This document shows positions 30,001 through 43,611 of a DNA stretch of 64,000 bases, piece after piece. The notes beneath the pieces were generated by a model. The model did no database searches. It worked only from the letters and a program-made list of their open reading frames with translations, and had not been told where the DNA came from. Source of the stretch: Eledone cirrhosa (taxonomy: Eukaryota). Each line of letters begins with the position of its first letter. The first letter of the stretch is position 1. The translations under genes and the position numbers were made by a program. The DNA lies in the NCBI GenBank assembly GCA_964016885.1, contig OZ024740.1, positions 403,868,001 to 403,932,000 on the forward strand. The letters are read 5' to 3'.

Positions 30001-33000
30001 AAAGTGTACGTGAAGACAAATTTATTTTTATTTGTTTTATGTATTAAAATAAAGTGTACGTGAAGACAAATTTATTTTTATTTGTTTTATGTATTAGAAT
30101 AAAGTGTACGTGAAGACAAATTTATTTTTATTTGTTTTATGTATTAAAATAAAGTGTACGTGAAGACAAATTTATTTTTATTTGTTTTATGTATTAAAAT
30201 AAAGTGTACGTGAAGACAAATTTATTTTTAATTGTTTTATGTATTAGAATAAAGTGTACGTGAAGAGAAATTTATTTTTATTTGTTTTGTGTATTAAAAT
30301 AAAGTGTACGTGAAGACAAATTTATTTTTATTTGTTTTAAGTATTAAAATAAAGTGTACGTGAAGACAAATTTATTTCTATTTTTTTTATGTATTAAAAT
30401 AAAGTGTACGTGAAGACAAATTTATTTTTATTTGTTTTATGTATTAAAATAATGTGTACGTGAAGACAAATTTATTTTTATTTGTTTTATGTATTAAAAT
30501 AAAGTGTACGTGAAGACATTTATTTTTATTTGTTTTATGTATTAAAATAAGTGTACGTGAAGGCAAATATTTTTATTTGTTTAATGTATTAAAATAAAGT
30601 GTACGTGAAGACAAACTTATTTTTATTTGTTTTATGTATTAAAATAAAGTGTACGTGAAGACAAATTTATTTTTATTTGTTTTATGTATTAAAATAAAGT
30701 GTACGTGAAGACAAATTTTTTTTTATTTGTTTTATGTATTAAAATAAAGTGTACGTGAAGACAAATTTATTTTTATTTGTTTTATGTATTAAAATAAAGT
30801 GTACGTGAAGACAAATTTATTTTTATTTGTTTTATGTATTAAAATAAAGTGTACGTGAAGACAAATTTATTTTTATTTGTTTTATGTATTAAAATAAAGT
30901 GTACGTGAAGACAAATTTATTTTTATTTGTTTTATGTATTAGAATAAAGTGTACGTGAAGACAAATTTATTTTTATTTGTTTTGTGTATTAAAATAAAGT
31001 GTACGTGAAGACAAATTTATTTTTATTTGTTTTATGTATTAAAATAAAGTGTACGTGAAGGCAAATTTATTTTTATTTGTTTTATGTATTAAAATAAAGT
31101 GTACGTGAAGACAAATTTATTTTTATTTGTTTTGTGTATTAAAATAAAGTGTACGTGAAGACAAATTTATTTTTATTTGTTTTGTGTATTAAAATAAAGT
31201 GTACGTGAAGACAAATTTATTTTTATTTGTTTTATGTATTAAAATAAAGTGTACGTGAAGACAAATTTATTTTTTTTTTGTTTTATGTATTAAAATAAAG
31301 TGTACGTGAAGACAAATTTATTTTTATTTGTTTTATGTATTAAAATAAAGTGTACGTGAAGACAAATTTGTTTTTATTTGTGTTGTGTATTAAAATAAAG
31401 TGTACGTGAAGACAAATTTATCTTTATTTGTTTTGTGTATTAAAATAAAGTGTACGTGAAGACAAATTTATTTTTATTTGTTTTATGTATTAAAATAAAG
31501 TGTACGTGAACACACATTTATTTTTATTTGTTTTATGTATTAAAATAAAGTGTACGTGAAGACACATTTATTTTTCTTTGTTTTATGTATTAAAATAAAG
31601 CGTACGTGAAGGCAAATTTATTTTTATTTGTTTTATGTATTAAAATAAAGTGTACGTGAAGATAAATTTGTTTTTATTTGTGTTGTGTATTAAAATAAAG
31701 TGTACGTGAAGACAAATTTATTTTTATTTGTTTTGTGTATTAAAATAAAGTGTACGTGAAGACAAATTTATTTTTATTTGTTTTATGTATTAAAATAAAG
31801 TGTACGTGAACACACATTTATTTTTATTTGTTTTATGTATTAAAATAAAGTGTACGTGAAGACTAATTTATATTTATTTGTTTTATGTATTAAAATAAAG
31901 TGTACGTGAAGACAAATTTATTTTTATTTGTTTTATGTATTAAAATAAAGTGTACGTGAAGACAAATTTATTTTTATTTGTTTTATGTATTAGAATAAAG
32001 TGTACGTGAAGACAAATTTATTTTTATTTGTTTTATGTATTAAAATAAAGTGTACGTGAAGACAAATTTATTTTTATTTGTTTTATGTATTAAAATAAAG
32101 TGTACGTGAAGACAAATTTATTTTTAATTGTTTTATGTATTAGAATAAAGTGTACGTGAAGAGAAATTTATTTTTATTTGTTTTGTGTATTAAAATAAAG
32201 TGTACGTGAAGACAAATTTATTTTTATTTGTTTTAAGTATTAAAATAAAGTGTACGTGAAGACAAATTTATTTCTATTTTTTTTATGTATTAAAATAAAG
32301 TGTACGTGAAGACAAATTTATTTTTATTTGTTTTATGTATTAAAATAATGTGTACGTAAAGACAAATTTATTTTTATTTGTTTTATGTATTAAAATAAAG
32401 TGTACGTGAAGACATTTATTTTTATTTGTTTTATGTATTAAAATAAGTGTACGTGAAGGCAAATATTTTTATTTGTTTAATGTATTAAAATAAAGTGTAC
32501 GTGAAGACAAACTTATTTTTATTTGTTTTATGTATTAAAATAAAGTGTACGTGAAGACAAATTTATTTTTATTTGTTTTATGTATTAAAATAAAGTGTAC
32601 GTGAAGACAAATTTATTTTTATTTGTTTTGTGTATTAAAATAAAGTGTACGTGAAGACAAATTTATTTTTATTTGTTTTATGTATTAAAATAAAGTGTAC
32701 GTGAAGACAAATTTATTTTTATTTGTTTTATGTATTAAAATAAAGTGTACGTGAAGACTAATTTATATTTATTTGTTTTATGTATTAAAATAAAGTGTAC
32801 GTGAAGACAAATTTATTTTTATTTGTTTTATGTATTAAAATAAAGTGTACGTGAAGACAAATTTATTTTTATTTGTTTTATGTATTAGAATAAAGTGTAC
32901 GTGAAGACAAATTTATTTTTATTTGTTTTATGTATTAAAATAAAGTGTACGTGAAGACAAATTTATTTTTATTTGTTTTATGTATTAAAATAAAGTGTAC

Positions 33001-36000
33001 GTGAAGACAAATTTATTTTTATTTGTTTTATGTATTAGAATAAAGTGTACGTGAAGAGAAATTTATTTTTATTTGTTTTGTGTATTAAAATAAAGTGTAC
33101 GTGAAGACAAATTTATTTTTATTTGTTTTATGTATTAAAATAAAGTGTACGTGAAGGCAAATTTATTTTTATGTTTTATGTATTAAAATAAAGTGTACGT
33201 GAAGACAAATTTATTTCTATTTGTTTTATGTATTAAAATAAAGTGTACGTGAAGACAAATTTATTTTTATTTGTTTTATGTATTAAAATAATGTGTACGT
33301 GAAGACAAATTTATTTTTATTTGTTTTATGTATTAAAATAAAGTGTACGTGAAGACATTTATTTTTATTTGTTTTATGTATTAAAATAAGTGTACGTGAA
33401 GGCAAATATTTTTATTTGTTTAATGTATTAAAATAAAGTGTACGTGAAGACAAACTTATTTTTATTTGTTTTATGTATTAAAATAAAGTGTACGTGAAGA
33501 CAAATTTTTTTTATTTGTTTTATGTATTAAAATAAAGTGTACGTGAAGACAAATTTATTTTTATTTGTTTTGTGTATTAAAATAAAGTGTACGTGAAGAC
33601 ACATTTATTCTTATTTGTTTTATGTATTAAAATAAAGTGTACGTGAAGACAAATTTATTCTTATTTGTTTTGTGTATTAAAATAAAGTGTACGTGAAGAC
33701 AAATTTATTTTTATTTGTTTTGTGTATTAAAATAAAGTGTACGTGAAGACAAATTTATTTTTATTTGTTTTATGTATTAAAATAAAGTGTACGGGAAGAC
33801 AAATTTTTTTTTTTTTTGTTTTATGTATTAAAATAAAGTGTACGTGAAGACAAATTTATTTTTATTTGTTTTATGTATTAAAATAAAGTGTACGTGAAGA
33901 CAAACTTATTTTTATTTGTTTTATGTATTAAAATAAAATGTACGTGAAGACAAATTTATTTTTATTTGTTTTGTGTATTAAAATAAAGTGTACGTGAAGA
34001 CAAATTTATTTTTATTTGTTTTATGTAATAAAATAAAGTGTACGTGAAGACAAATTTATTTTTATTTGTTTTGTGTATTAAAATAAAGTGTACGTGAACA
34101 CACATTTATTTTTATTTTTTTTATGTATTAAAATAAAGTGTACGTGAAGACAAATTTATTTTTATTTGTTTTGTGTATTAAATTAAAGTGTACGTGAAGA
34201 CAAATTTATTTTTATTTGTTTTGTGTATTAAAATATAGTGTACGTGAAGACACATTTATTTTTATTTGTTTTATGTATTAAAATAAAGTGTACGTGAAAC
34301 AAATTTATTTTTATTTGTTTTGTGTATTAAAAGAAAGTGAACGTGAAGACAAATTTATTTTTATTTGTTTTATGTATTAAAATAAAGTGTACGTGAAGAC
34401 AAATTTATTTTTATTTGTTTTATGTATTAAAATAAAGTGTACGTGAAGACAAATTTATTTTTATTTGTTTTATGTATTAAAATAAAGTGTACGTGAAGAC
34501 AAATTTATTTTTATTTGTTTTGTGTATTAAAATAAAGTGTACGTGAAGACAAATTTATTTTTATTTGTTTTATGTATTAAAATAAAGTGTACGTGAAGAC
34601 AAATTTATTTTTATTTGTTTTGTGTATTAAAATAAAGTGTACGTGAAGACAAATTTATTTTTATTTGTTTTATGTATTAAAATAAAGTGTACATGAAGAC
34701 AAATTTATTTTTATTTGTTTTATGTATTAAAATAAAGTGTACGTGAAGACAAATTTATTTTTATTTGTTTTGTGTATTAAAATAAAGTGTACGTGAAGAC
34801 AAATTTATTTTTATTTGTTTTGTGTATTAAAATAAAGTGTACGTGAAGACAAATTTATTTTTATTTGTTTTATGTATTAAAATAAAGTGTACGTGAAGAC
34901 AAATTTTTTTTTTTTTTGTTTTATGTATTAAAATAAAGTGTACGTGAAGACAAATTTATTTTTATTTGTTTTATGTATTAAAATAAAGTGTACGTGAAGA
35001 CAAATTTATTTTTATTTGTTTTATGTATTAAAATAAAGTGTACGTGAAGACAAATTTATTTTTATTTGTTTTGTGTATTAAAATAAAGTGTACGTGAAGA
35101 CAAATTTATTTTTATTTGTTTTATGTATTAAAATAAAGTGTACGTGAAGACAAATTTATTTTTATTTGTTTTGTGTATTAAAATAAAGTGTACGTGAAGA
35201 CAAATTTATTTTTATTTGTTTTATGTATTAAAATAAAGTGTACATGAAGACAAATTTATTTTTATTTGTTTTATGTATTAAAATAAAGTGTACGCGAAGA
35301 CACATTTATTTTTATTTGTTTTGTGTATTAAAATAAAGTGTACGTGAAGACACATTTATTCTTATTTGTTTTATGTATTAAAATAAAGTGTACGTGAAGA
35401 CAAATTTATTTTTATTTGTTTTGTGTATTAAAATAAAGTGTACGTGAAGACAAATTTATTTTTATTTGTTTTGTGTATTAAAATAAAGTGTACGTGAAGA
35501 CAAATTTATTTTTATTTGTTTTATGTATTAAAATAAAGTGTACGTGAAGACAAATTTTTTTTTTTTTCGTTTTATGTATTAAAATAAAGTGTACGTGAAG
35601 ACAAATTTATTTTTATTTGTTTTATGTATTAAAATAAAGTGTACGTGAAGGCAAATTTATTTTTATTTGTTTTATGTATTAAAATAAAGTGTACGTGAAG
35701 ACAAATTTATTTCTATTTGTTTTATGTATTAAAATAAAGTGTACGTGAAGACAAATTTATTTTTATTTGTTTTATGTATTAAAATAAAGTGTACGTGAAG
35801 ACAAATTTATTTTTATTTGTTTTATGTATTAAAATAAAGTGTACGTGAAGACATTTATTTTTATTTGTTTTATGTATTAAAATAAGTGTACGTGAAGGCA
35901 AATATTTTTATTTGTTTTATGTATTAAAATAAAGTGTACGTGAAGACAAATTTATTTTTATTTGTTTTATGTATTAAAATAAAGTGTACATGAAGATAAA

Positions 36001-39000
36001 TTTATTTTTATTTGTTTTATGTATTAAAATAAAGTGTACGTGAAGACACATTTATTTTTATTTGTTTTGTGTATTAAAATAAAGTGTACGTGAAGACACA
36101 TTTATTCTTATTTGTTTTATGTATTAAAATAAAGTGTACGTGAAGACAAATTTATTTTTATTTGTTTTGTGTATTAAAATAAAGTGTACGTGAAGACAAA
36201 TTTATTTTTATTTGTTTTGTGTATTAAAATAAAGTGTACGTGAAGACAAATTTATTTTTATTTGTTTTATGTATTAAAATAAAGTGTACGTGAAGACAAA
36301 TTTTTTTTTTTGTTTTATGTATTAAAATAAAGTGTACGTGAAGACAAATTTATTTTTATTTGTTTTATGTATTAAAATAAAGTGTACGTGAAGACAAATT
36401 TATTTTTATTTGTTTTATGTATTAAAATAAAGTGTACGTGAAGACAAATTTATTTTTATTTGTTTTGTGTATTAAAATAAAGTGTACGTGAAGACAAATT
36501 TATTTTTATTTGTTTTATGTATTAAAATAAAGTGTACGTGAAGACAAATTTATTTTTATTTGTTTTGTGTATTAAAATAAAGTGTACGTGAAGACAAATT
36601 TATTTTTATTTGTTTTATGTATTAAAATAAAGTGTACATGAAGACAAATTTATTTTTATTTGTTTTATGTATTAAAATAAAGTGTACGTGAAGACAAATT
36701 TATTTTTATTTGTTTTATGTATTAAAATAAAGTGTAAGTGAAGACAAATTTATTTTTATTTGTTTTATGTATTAAAATAAAGTGTACGTGAAGACACATT
36801 TATTTTTATTTGTTTTGTGTATTAAAATAATGTGTACGTGAAGACACATTTATTCTTATTTGTTTTATGTATTAAAATAAAGTGTACGTGAAGACAAATT
36901 TATTTTTATTTGTTTTGTGTATTAAAATAAAGTGTACGTGAAGACAAATTTATTTTTATTTGTTTTGTGTATTAAAATAAAGTGTACGTGAAGACAAATT
37001 TATTTTTATTTGTTTTATGTATTAAAATAAAGTGTACGTGAAGACAAATTTTTTTTTTTTGTTTTATGTATTAAAATAAAGTGTACGTGAAGACAAATTT
37101 ATTTTTATTTGTTTTATGTATTAAAATAAAGTGTACGTGAAGACAAATTTATTTTTATTTGTTTTATGTATTAAAATAAAGTGTACGTGAAGACAAATTT
37201 ATTTTTATTTGTTTTGTGTATTAAAATAAAGTGTACGTGAAGACAAATTTATTTTTATTTGTTTTATGTATTAAAATAAAGTGTACGTGAAGACAAATTT
37301 ATTTTTATTTGTTTTGTGTATTAAAATAAAGTGTACGTGAAGACAAATTTATTTTTATTTGTTTTATGTATTAAAATAAAGTGTACATGAAGACAAATTT
37401 ATTTTTATTTGTTTTATGTATTAAAATAAAGTGTACGTGAAGACAAATTTATTTTTATTTGTTTTATGTATTAAAATAAAGTGTAAGTGAAGACAAATTT
37501 ATTTTTATTTGTTTTATGTATTAAAATAAAGTGTACGTGAAGACAAATTTATTTTTATTTGTTTTGTGTATTAAAATAAAGTGTACGTGAAGACAAATTT
37601 ATTTTTATTTGTTTTATGTATTAAAATAAAGTGTACGTGAAGACAAATTTATTTTTATTTGTTTTGTATATTAAAATAAAGTGTACGTGAAGACAAATTT
37701 ATTTTTATTTGTTTTATGTATTAAAATAAAGTGTACATGAAGACAAATTTATTTTTATTTGTTTTATGTATTAAAATAAAGTGTACGTGAAGACAAATTT
37801 ATTTTTATTTGTTTTGTGTATTAATATAAAGTGTACGTGAAGACAAATTTATTTTTATTTGTTTTGTGTATTAAAATAAAGTGTACGTGAAGACAAATTT
37901 ATTTTTATTTGTTTTATGTATTAAAGTAAAGTGTATGTGAAGACAAATTTATTTTTATTTGTTTCGTGTATTAAAATAAAATGTACGTGAACGCAAATTT
38001 ATTTTTATTTGTTTTGTGTATTAAAATAAAGTGTACGTGAAGACAAATTTATTTTTATTTGTTTTATGTATTAAAATAAAGTGTACATGAAGACAAATTT
38101 ATTTTTATTTGTTTTATGTATTAAAATAAAGTGTACGTGAAGACAAATTTATTTTTATTTGTTTTGTGTATTAATATAAAGTGTACGTGAAGACAAATTT
38201 ATTTTTATTTGTTTTGTGTATTAAAATAAAGTGTACGTGAAGACAAATTTATTTTTATTTGTTTTATGTATTAAAATAAAGTGTATGTGAAGACAAATTT
38301 ATTTTTATTTGTTTCGTGTATTAAAATAAAATGTACGTGAACGCAAATTTATTTTTTATTTGTTTTGTGTATTAAAATAAAGTGTACGTGAAGACAAATT
38401 TATTTTTATTTGTTTTGTGTATTAAAATAAAGTGTACGTGAAGACAAATTTATTTTTATTTGTTTTATGTATTAAAATAAAGTGTACATGAAGACATATT
38501 TATTTTTATTTGTTTTATGTATTAAAATAAAGTGTACGTGAAGACAAATTTATTTTTATTTGTTTTATGTATTAAAATAAAGTGTAAGTGAAGACAAATT
38601 TATTTTTATTTGTTTTATGTATTAAAATAAAGTGTACGTGAAGACAAATTTATTTTTATTTGTTTTGTGTATTAAAATAAAGTGTACGTGAAGACAAATT
38701 TATTTTTATTTGTTTTATGTATTAAAATAAAGTGTACGTGAAGACAAATTTATTTTTATTTGTTTTGTGTATTAAAATAAAGTGTACGTGAAGACAAATT
38801 TATTTTTATTTGTTTTATGTATTAAAATAAAGTGTACATGAAGACAAATTTATTTTTATTTGTTTTATGTATTAAAATAAAGTGTACGTGAAGACAAATT
38901 TATTTTTATTTGTTTTGTGTATTAATATAAAGTGTACGTGAAGACAAATTTATTTTTATTTGTTTTGTGTATTAAAATAAAGTGTACGTGAAGACAAATT

Positions 39001-39560
39001 TATTTTTATTTGTTTTATGTATTAAAATAAAGTGTATGTGAAGACAAATTTATTTTTATTTGTTTCGTGTATTAAAATAAAATGTACGTGAACGCAAATT
39101 TATTTTTATTTGTTTTGTGTATTAAAATAAAGTGTACGTGAAGACAAATTTATTTTTATTTGTTTTATGTATTAAAATAAAGTGTACATGAAGACAAATT
39201 TATTTTTATTTGTTTTATGTATTAAAATAAAGTGTACGTGAAGACAAATTTATTTTTATTTGTTTTGTGTATTAATATAAAGTGTACGTGAAGACAAATT
39301 TATTTTTATTTGTTTTGTGTATTAAAATAAAGTGTACGTGAAGACAAATTTATTTTTATTTGTTTTATGTATTAAAATAAAGTGTATGTGAAGACAAATT
39401 TATTTTTATTTGTTTCGTGTATTAAAATAAAATGTACGTGAACGCAAATTTATTTTTATTTGTTTTGTGTATTAAAATAAAGTGTACGTGAAGACAAATT
39501 TATTTTTATTTGTTTTGTGTATTAAAATAAAGTGTACGTGAAGACAAATTTATTTTTATT
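1..39560. repeat. 50-bp AT-rich tandem satellite array, ~790 monomers, open at the left window edge
   Basis: Consensus AAAATAAAGTGTACGTGAAGACAAATTTATTTTTATTTGTTTTATGTATT (50 nt) repeats head-to-tail, uninterrupted and in one orientation, with occasional 48-49 and 51-nt variants. It ends at ...AAGACAAATTTATTTTTATT|ATGTTTGACTCG (~39560). Confidence 0.99.
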
Positions 39561-40589
39561 ATGTTTGACTCGTGCTTCGATATCCTGATTATGAGTGGAT
39601 CTAGAGAAGAAATATCATATTTGCATGTGGTGTTTGCAGTTTTGTCATTAAAATTGGTATTTTTATTTAAAAAATATTTCTTCATATTAAACGTAAGTGA
39701 TTGTAGTCAATTTCTCTAGACTTCTGCCCCCTTAAAATGTAAGTTTAGCCACTGAAAGTAAAAGGCTACATGGCTTGGAAGTGGATATATTGGTAAATTT
39801 AGATTTCAAACGTTCACTATTTTGACGGCCATGTTCCGAACCCTAAACAAATGGCAACATTGATTTTTGTGTTCAATACATCCTAACGTTTCCAAAAATG
39901 TATAGTTTAGTAAATCTCCCAAAAATTTGAACGAAAATACACAAGGAACTGGACTAAGTAACAAAATGATGAGCTGCAAAAATACACGTTAAATATCATG
40001 AATATATTATGATTCTATCAGTGAAGTGGAGCCCACAAGTAAGATATCTATAGTCAAATAACTTAACGAATCTAACGGAGAAGAATAATAATCAAACGAT
40101 GAACCAGGTGCCAATGCGTTTTCCCAGACATTGTGTCACCTAAATGGAATTTATAAGAACACATCTACAAATTAAATACTTTTTGTCCGTCTGTGTGAAT
40201 GTGAAGCCTTTATTATATCCAAGTTTAGTATATAGTGGCATCTATTATAACTTTCAATGGCCACTTTCATATTACAGTCTTTATAGTATCTTTAATTCAA
40301 TAATTGTATGGAAGTTTGCTTTCTGTGATGTTAATAAGATAAGAAATAATCCTACTCTCATAGATAAAACGTCAACCTATCGCAGGTAAATTTTTCACAA
40401 CTGGAATTAAAATTATAACCCAAGTAATTTTGTTTCATTGTTTATATGTAAGAGTGTGTTTACGGCAGAGAATTATGTCATCTTGCAATTACCTTATCTT
40501 AATGAATTAATCTATTATTCGTAGTTTTAAACTTTATCCTACCAATGGTTTTCTCTTATATTTATTCAATTTTCTTTCGGGATCTGTAG

Positions 40590-40795
40590 AGCGTTTGATT
40601 GGCTGAATTGTTAGACTGTTTGACAAATTGCTTTGTTTGGCTCTTTACATTTTGTGTTCGAATCACGCCAAAGTCAACTTTGCCTTTCATCCTTTTGGGA
40701 TCGATAAAATAAAGTACCAGTCATGTACTGAAGCCGATTTAATCGACTTGTCCCTCACTCAAACTATTGGTCTTGTGCCTAAATTAGTATTCATT
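40590..40795 (+). mobile_element. tRNA-type SINE, family A, diverged copy
   Basis: B-box-like GTTCGAATC, core TTTGCCTTTCATCCTTTTGGGATCGATAAAATAAAGTACCAGT and tail GGTCTTGTGCCTAAATTAG are shared with ~10 other copies in the window. Confidence 0.85.
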
Positions 40796-40852
40796 ACTTT
40801 TTCATTTATATTTTACTCAAAACTATATTTTGCTGCCTTATTAGTGTTTTTT

Positions 40853-41047
40853 AGGGCGGTGGTTTGACAGTATCGGTAGAGTGTCAGACACCATGCTTTG
40901 AAACATAGAGTTATGGCCCATTATGTTCTGAGTTCAAATAACGCCAAGGTTAACTTTGCCTTTCATCCTTACGGAGTGAATAAACTAAAGTACCAGTAAT
41001 GCACTTGGGTAATTGCTGGTCTTGTGCTAAAAGTAGAAACAATTATT
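40853..41047 (+). mobile_element. tRNA-type SINE, family A, full length
   Basis: GGCGGTGG...CAGTATCGGTAGAG head, GAGTTCAAAT B-box, GCCTTTCATCCTTACGG core, GTAGAAACAATT tail. Confidence 0.9.
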
Positions 41048-41104
41048 ACCTTTTATTCCTCCTATCAACTCTTAATTAAGAAAATCTAATATAATCTATC
41101 TAAT

Positions 41105-41565
41105 CTGGCCGAGTTTACACTCGCAAATAAGAAGAACCAGGGCCGCCCCTAGGAGCATTGGATTTGGTGCACTTCATATTTGTTTTGGTTGCTGAATACA
41201 ATCAGGGGTCGCTGCTTCTCCTGAAAGGTAATAGTTCTCTTCTAACTCGAGCGGGAGCACCTTTCCATTGATCATCTACAAAGCCGCATTGTTCTCAGAA
41301 CCACTACACCAGTCTTTCGATGTGTGCAGCTGGAACTACTGCCACCCATTGATTTGGCAGGATTTTTTTTTTAGATGGCCGTTGACTCTTATGAGTTCTT
41401 CCACCCTTTGTCAGGTTTTGTTTTTTGTCCTGCAGGGTATCCAAAATCACCCTCCTCACCAAGTAAACTTGGTGGGGTTGCCGGTTTAGTCACCGACGAC
41501 CCGACCATGCGACAGGTTGTACTGTGTTACATGCTACCAGTAGCACTCAAGAGTGACCTGACATA
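41105..41565 (-). mobile_element. Probable LINE (RTE-like) 5'-region fragment
   Basis: GC-richer block with several hairpins and no meaningful ORF, embedded in AT-rich DNA. It resembles structured RTE-type 5' UTRs; assignment is by recollection only. Confidence 0.35.
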
Positions 41566-42727
41566 AAATTAAGAAAAGCAATCGATATAATCGCATTCAT
41601 CCTTGTATTGAACGCATGTGAGTCTAAACGGCTTATATTCAATTGTCTGGTAAGTACACACGAATAGTATTTTATTTTGCAATAAAAAAATTGTGCAAAA
41701 CTGTTATATTTTGCAACGAAATTTGGTCAAGTTTATGGTTTACAAAGCAGTTTTTCTTACAATGCTCTTATAGAGACATGAAACATTGACGTTTCAATCA
41801 AAAGACAAAACGTTTTAAACGTTTCCATTGGACAAAGCTGCGTAACATCTGCGCATGCGTTAACAAGGTCATGTTAAGACAAAGACATTTTTGATTGAAC
41901 CAGATTCAACAGCATTGAATGTGAACTATTTCCTCATCAACCATGATAAGTTGACTAAGTTCAAAGAATGTCTGCTCATTGACTGCTCACTATGTGTATA
42001 TACGGTGAGTTGCGAGAAGGAACACGTTCATTGGGATTTCTGAAGCGACGATACAAGTGTCATCTGCAATGAATATACAATAACTTGGATATTGAGGCTA
42101 TCTTGTAAATGTTTGATACATTGGATCCCCCTTTCTGGAGGATAAACTACCTTAGTGGATATAGCATCATTAAATGTAACTGCAAAGAGGAAGCTGATAG
42201 AAGGAGCTATCGACAAAAGGAAGCAAGCTAACTACGAGAATTCATTGACACAGCTGCTCTCTAATTCTCATGTGTGTGTTGACAAAAATAGGCTTATATG
42301 GCTATTTTGGGATACAGAGATAAATTCAATGTAAAGGAATTAAGACTATTTTATTTTTCGTTAATTCATTTTTTTAAAATTATTATGAACAATGCCGTTC
42401 GTGTTCCTCGGCTGCGGGAATAGCAAGTACCGGAAGAGAATTCAAGTGGGTTGTCAATGGTCTGTAGAGGAAGCATAGATGTAGGGGTTAGTGCGTATCT
42501 TAGAATGGTCACAATATGGCTATTAACTCGAGGAGATACATGTAGGAAGTGCTTGCGTATCGGTGGCATGACGCGAGCCTGCGCTGAGGAGCAGAGCCTA
42601 TTGGGGTTACGGTAGCAACGTTAGAGAGAAGAAAAGAAAGCACGTCTGTGTTCGAGAGGCTTGAACTTATCTGTGTGGCTTCGTTCCAATCATTCGAGTG
42701 GCATTTCCTTAGATGTCATCTAAGAAT

Positions 42728-42786
42728 GTGGGTGGGTGTGTGTGTGTGTGTGTGTGGGTGTGTGGGTGTGTGTGTGTGTGTGTGTG
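42728..42786. repeat. (GT)n microsatellite, imperfect
   Basis: Direct reading. Confidence 0.95.
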
Positions 42787-43251
42787 GCAGCAATACGCCC
42801 CATTATGTGAGTAACATATGAAATTTATAGCGAGTTAGATTGGGGAACAAAGAAGCTTTGGGCTCAGAATAAGGAGACCATTTTTTCGATGAAGTTTTTG
42901 CATGTTGAGGATGCTGGAAACTTTTCCGATGTTGAGAGGGTACTACTGTCTTCACCATATTTCTTGAGAGCATGATCCCAGAGGTGAAAAAATTGTCTTC
43001 AGCAGATTTATTCATGCGTATAATGTACTGGTAGTCATTAAAGAGACAAAATCAAGTTGTTGCAGGAGTTATTTTTATATAATGGACGTTGCCATCGCCT
43101 CTGAAGTGTAATTTAACTGATACTATTGGCAAATGCGATAACAAATTCACAACGAGAATCTCTTTATTGTAATAATGTCGTAGTAGATTTATATGCTTTC
43201 ATTGTTTAAGTCAACATTTTAAAGGATAAAAAGTCGAACATTATTTGAAAA

Positions 43252-43438
43252 AGGCGGTGGATTGGCAGTATCGGTAGAGGGTCGGACGCCATGCGTTGAC
43301 GCATAGAGTTACGGCTCTTTCTATTCTGAGTTCAAATCCCACCGAGGTTAACTTTGCCTTTCATCCTTACGGGGTCGATAAAATAAAGTACCAGTAATGC
43401 ACTGGATAAGTGCTGGCCTTGTGCCAAAAGTAGAAACA
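43252..43438 (+). mobile_element. tRNA-type SINE, family A, full length with 12-bp TSD
   Basis: Complete head, core and tail; flanked by direct repeat ATTATTTGAAAA at 43240-43251 and 43439-43450. Confidence 0.95.
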
Positions 43439-43611
43439 ATTATTTGAAAATCTTTAAATGCCTGACTTCGAAAGTATTTAATGGTTTTTGATATATCTCG
43501 AATGATTTTGATTCAGTTTCACCATTCACAAGCTTCCTTATTAGAATGGAGAAGAAATAGGATGTGGTGACATCTGTTCCATTAGAGCAGCAGTGACTTC
43601 ATTGTGGACGC

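Noticed and set aside
1-39560. CRISPR-like array or coding repeat
   Set aside because: There are no unique spacers, monomers are contiguous and nearly identical, the ORF track has no entries here, and the context is eukaryotic.
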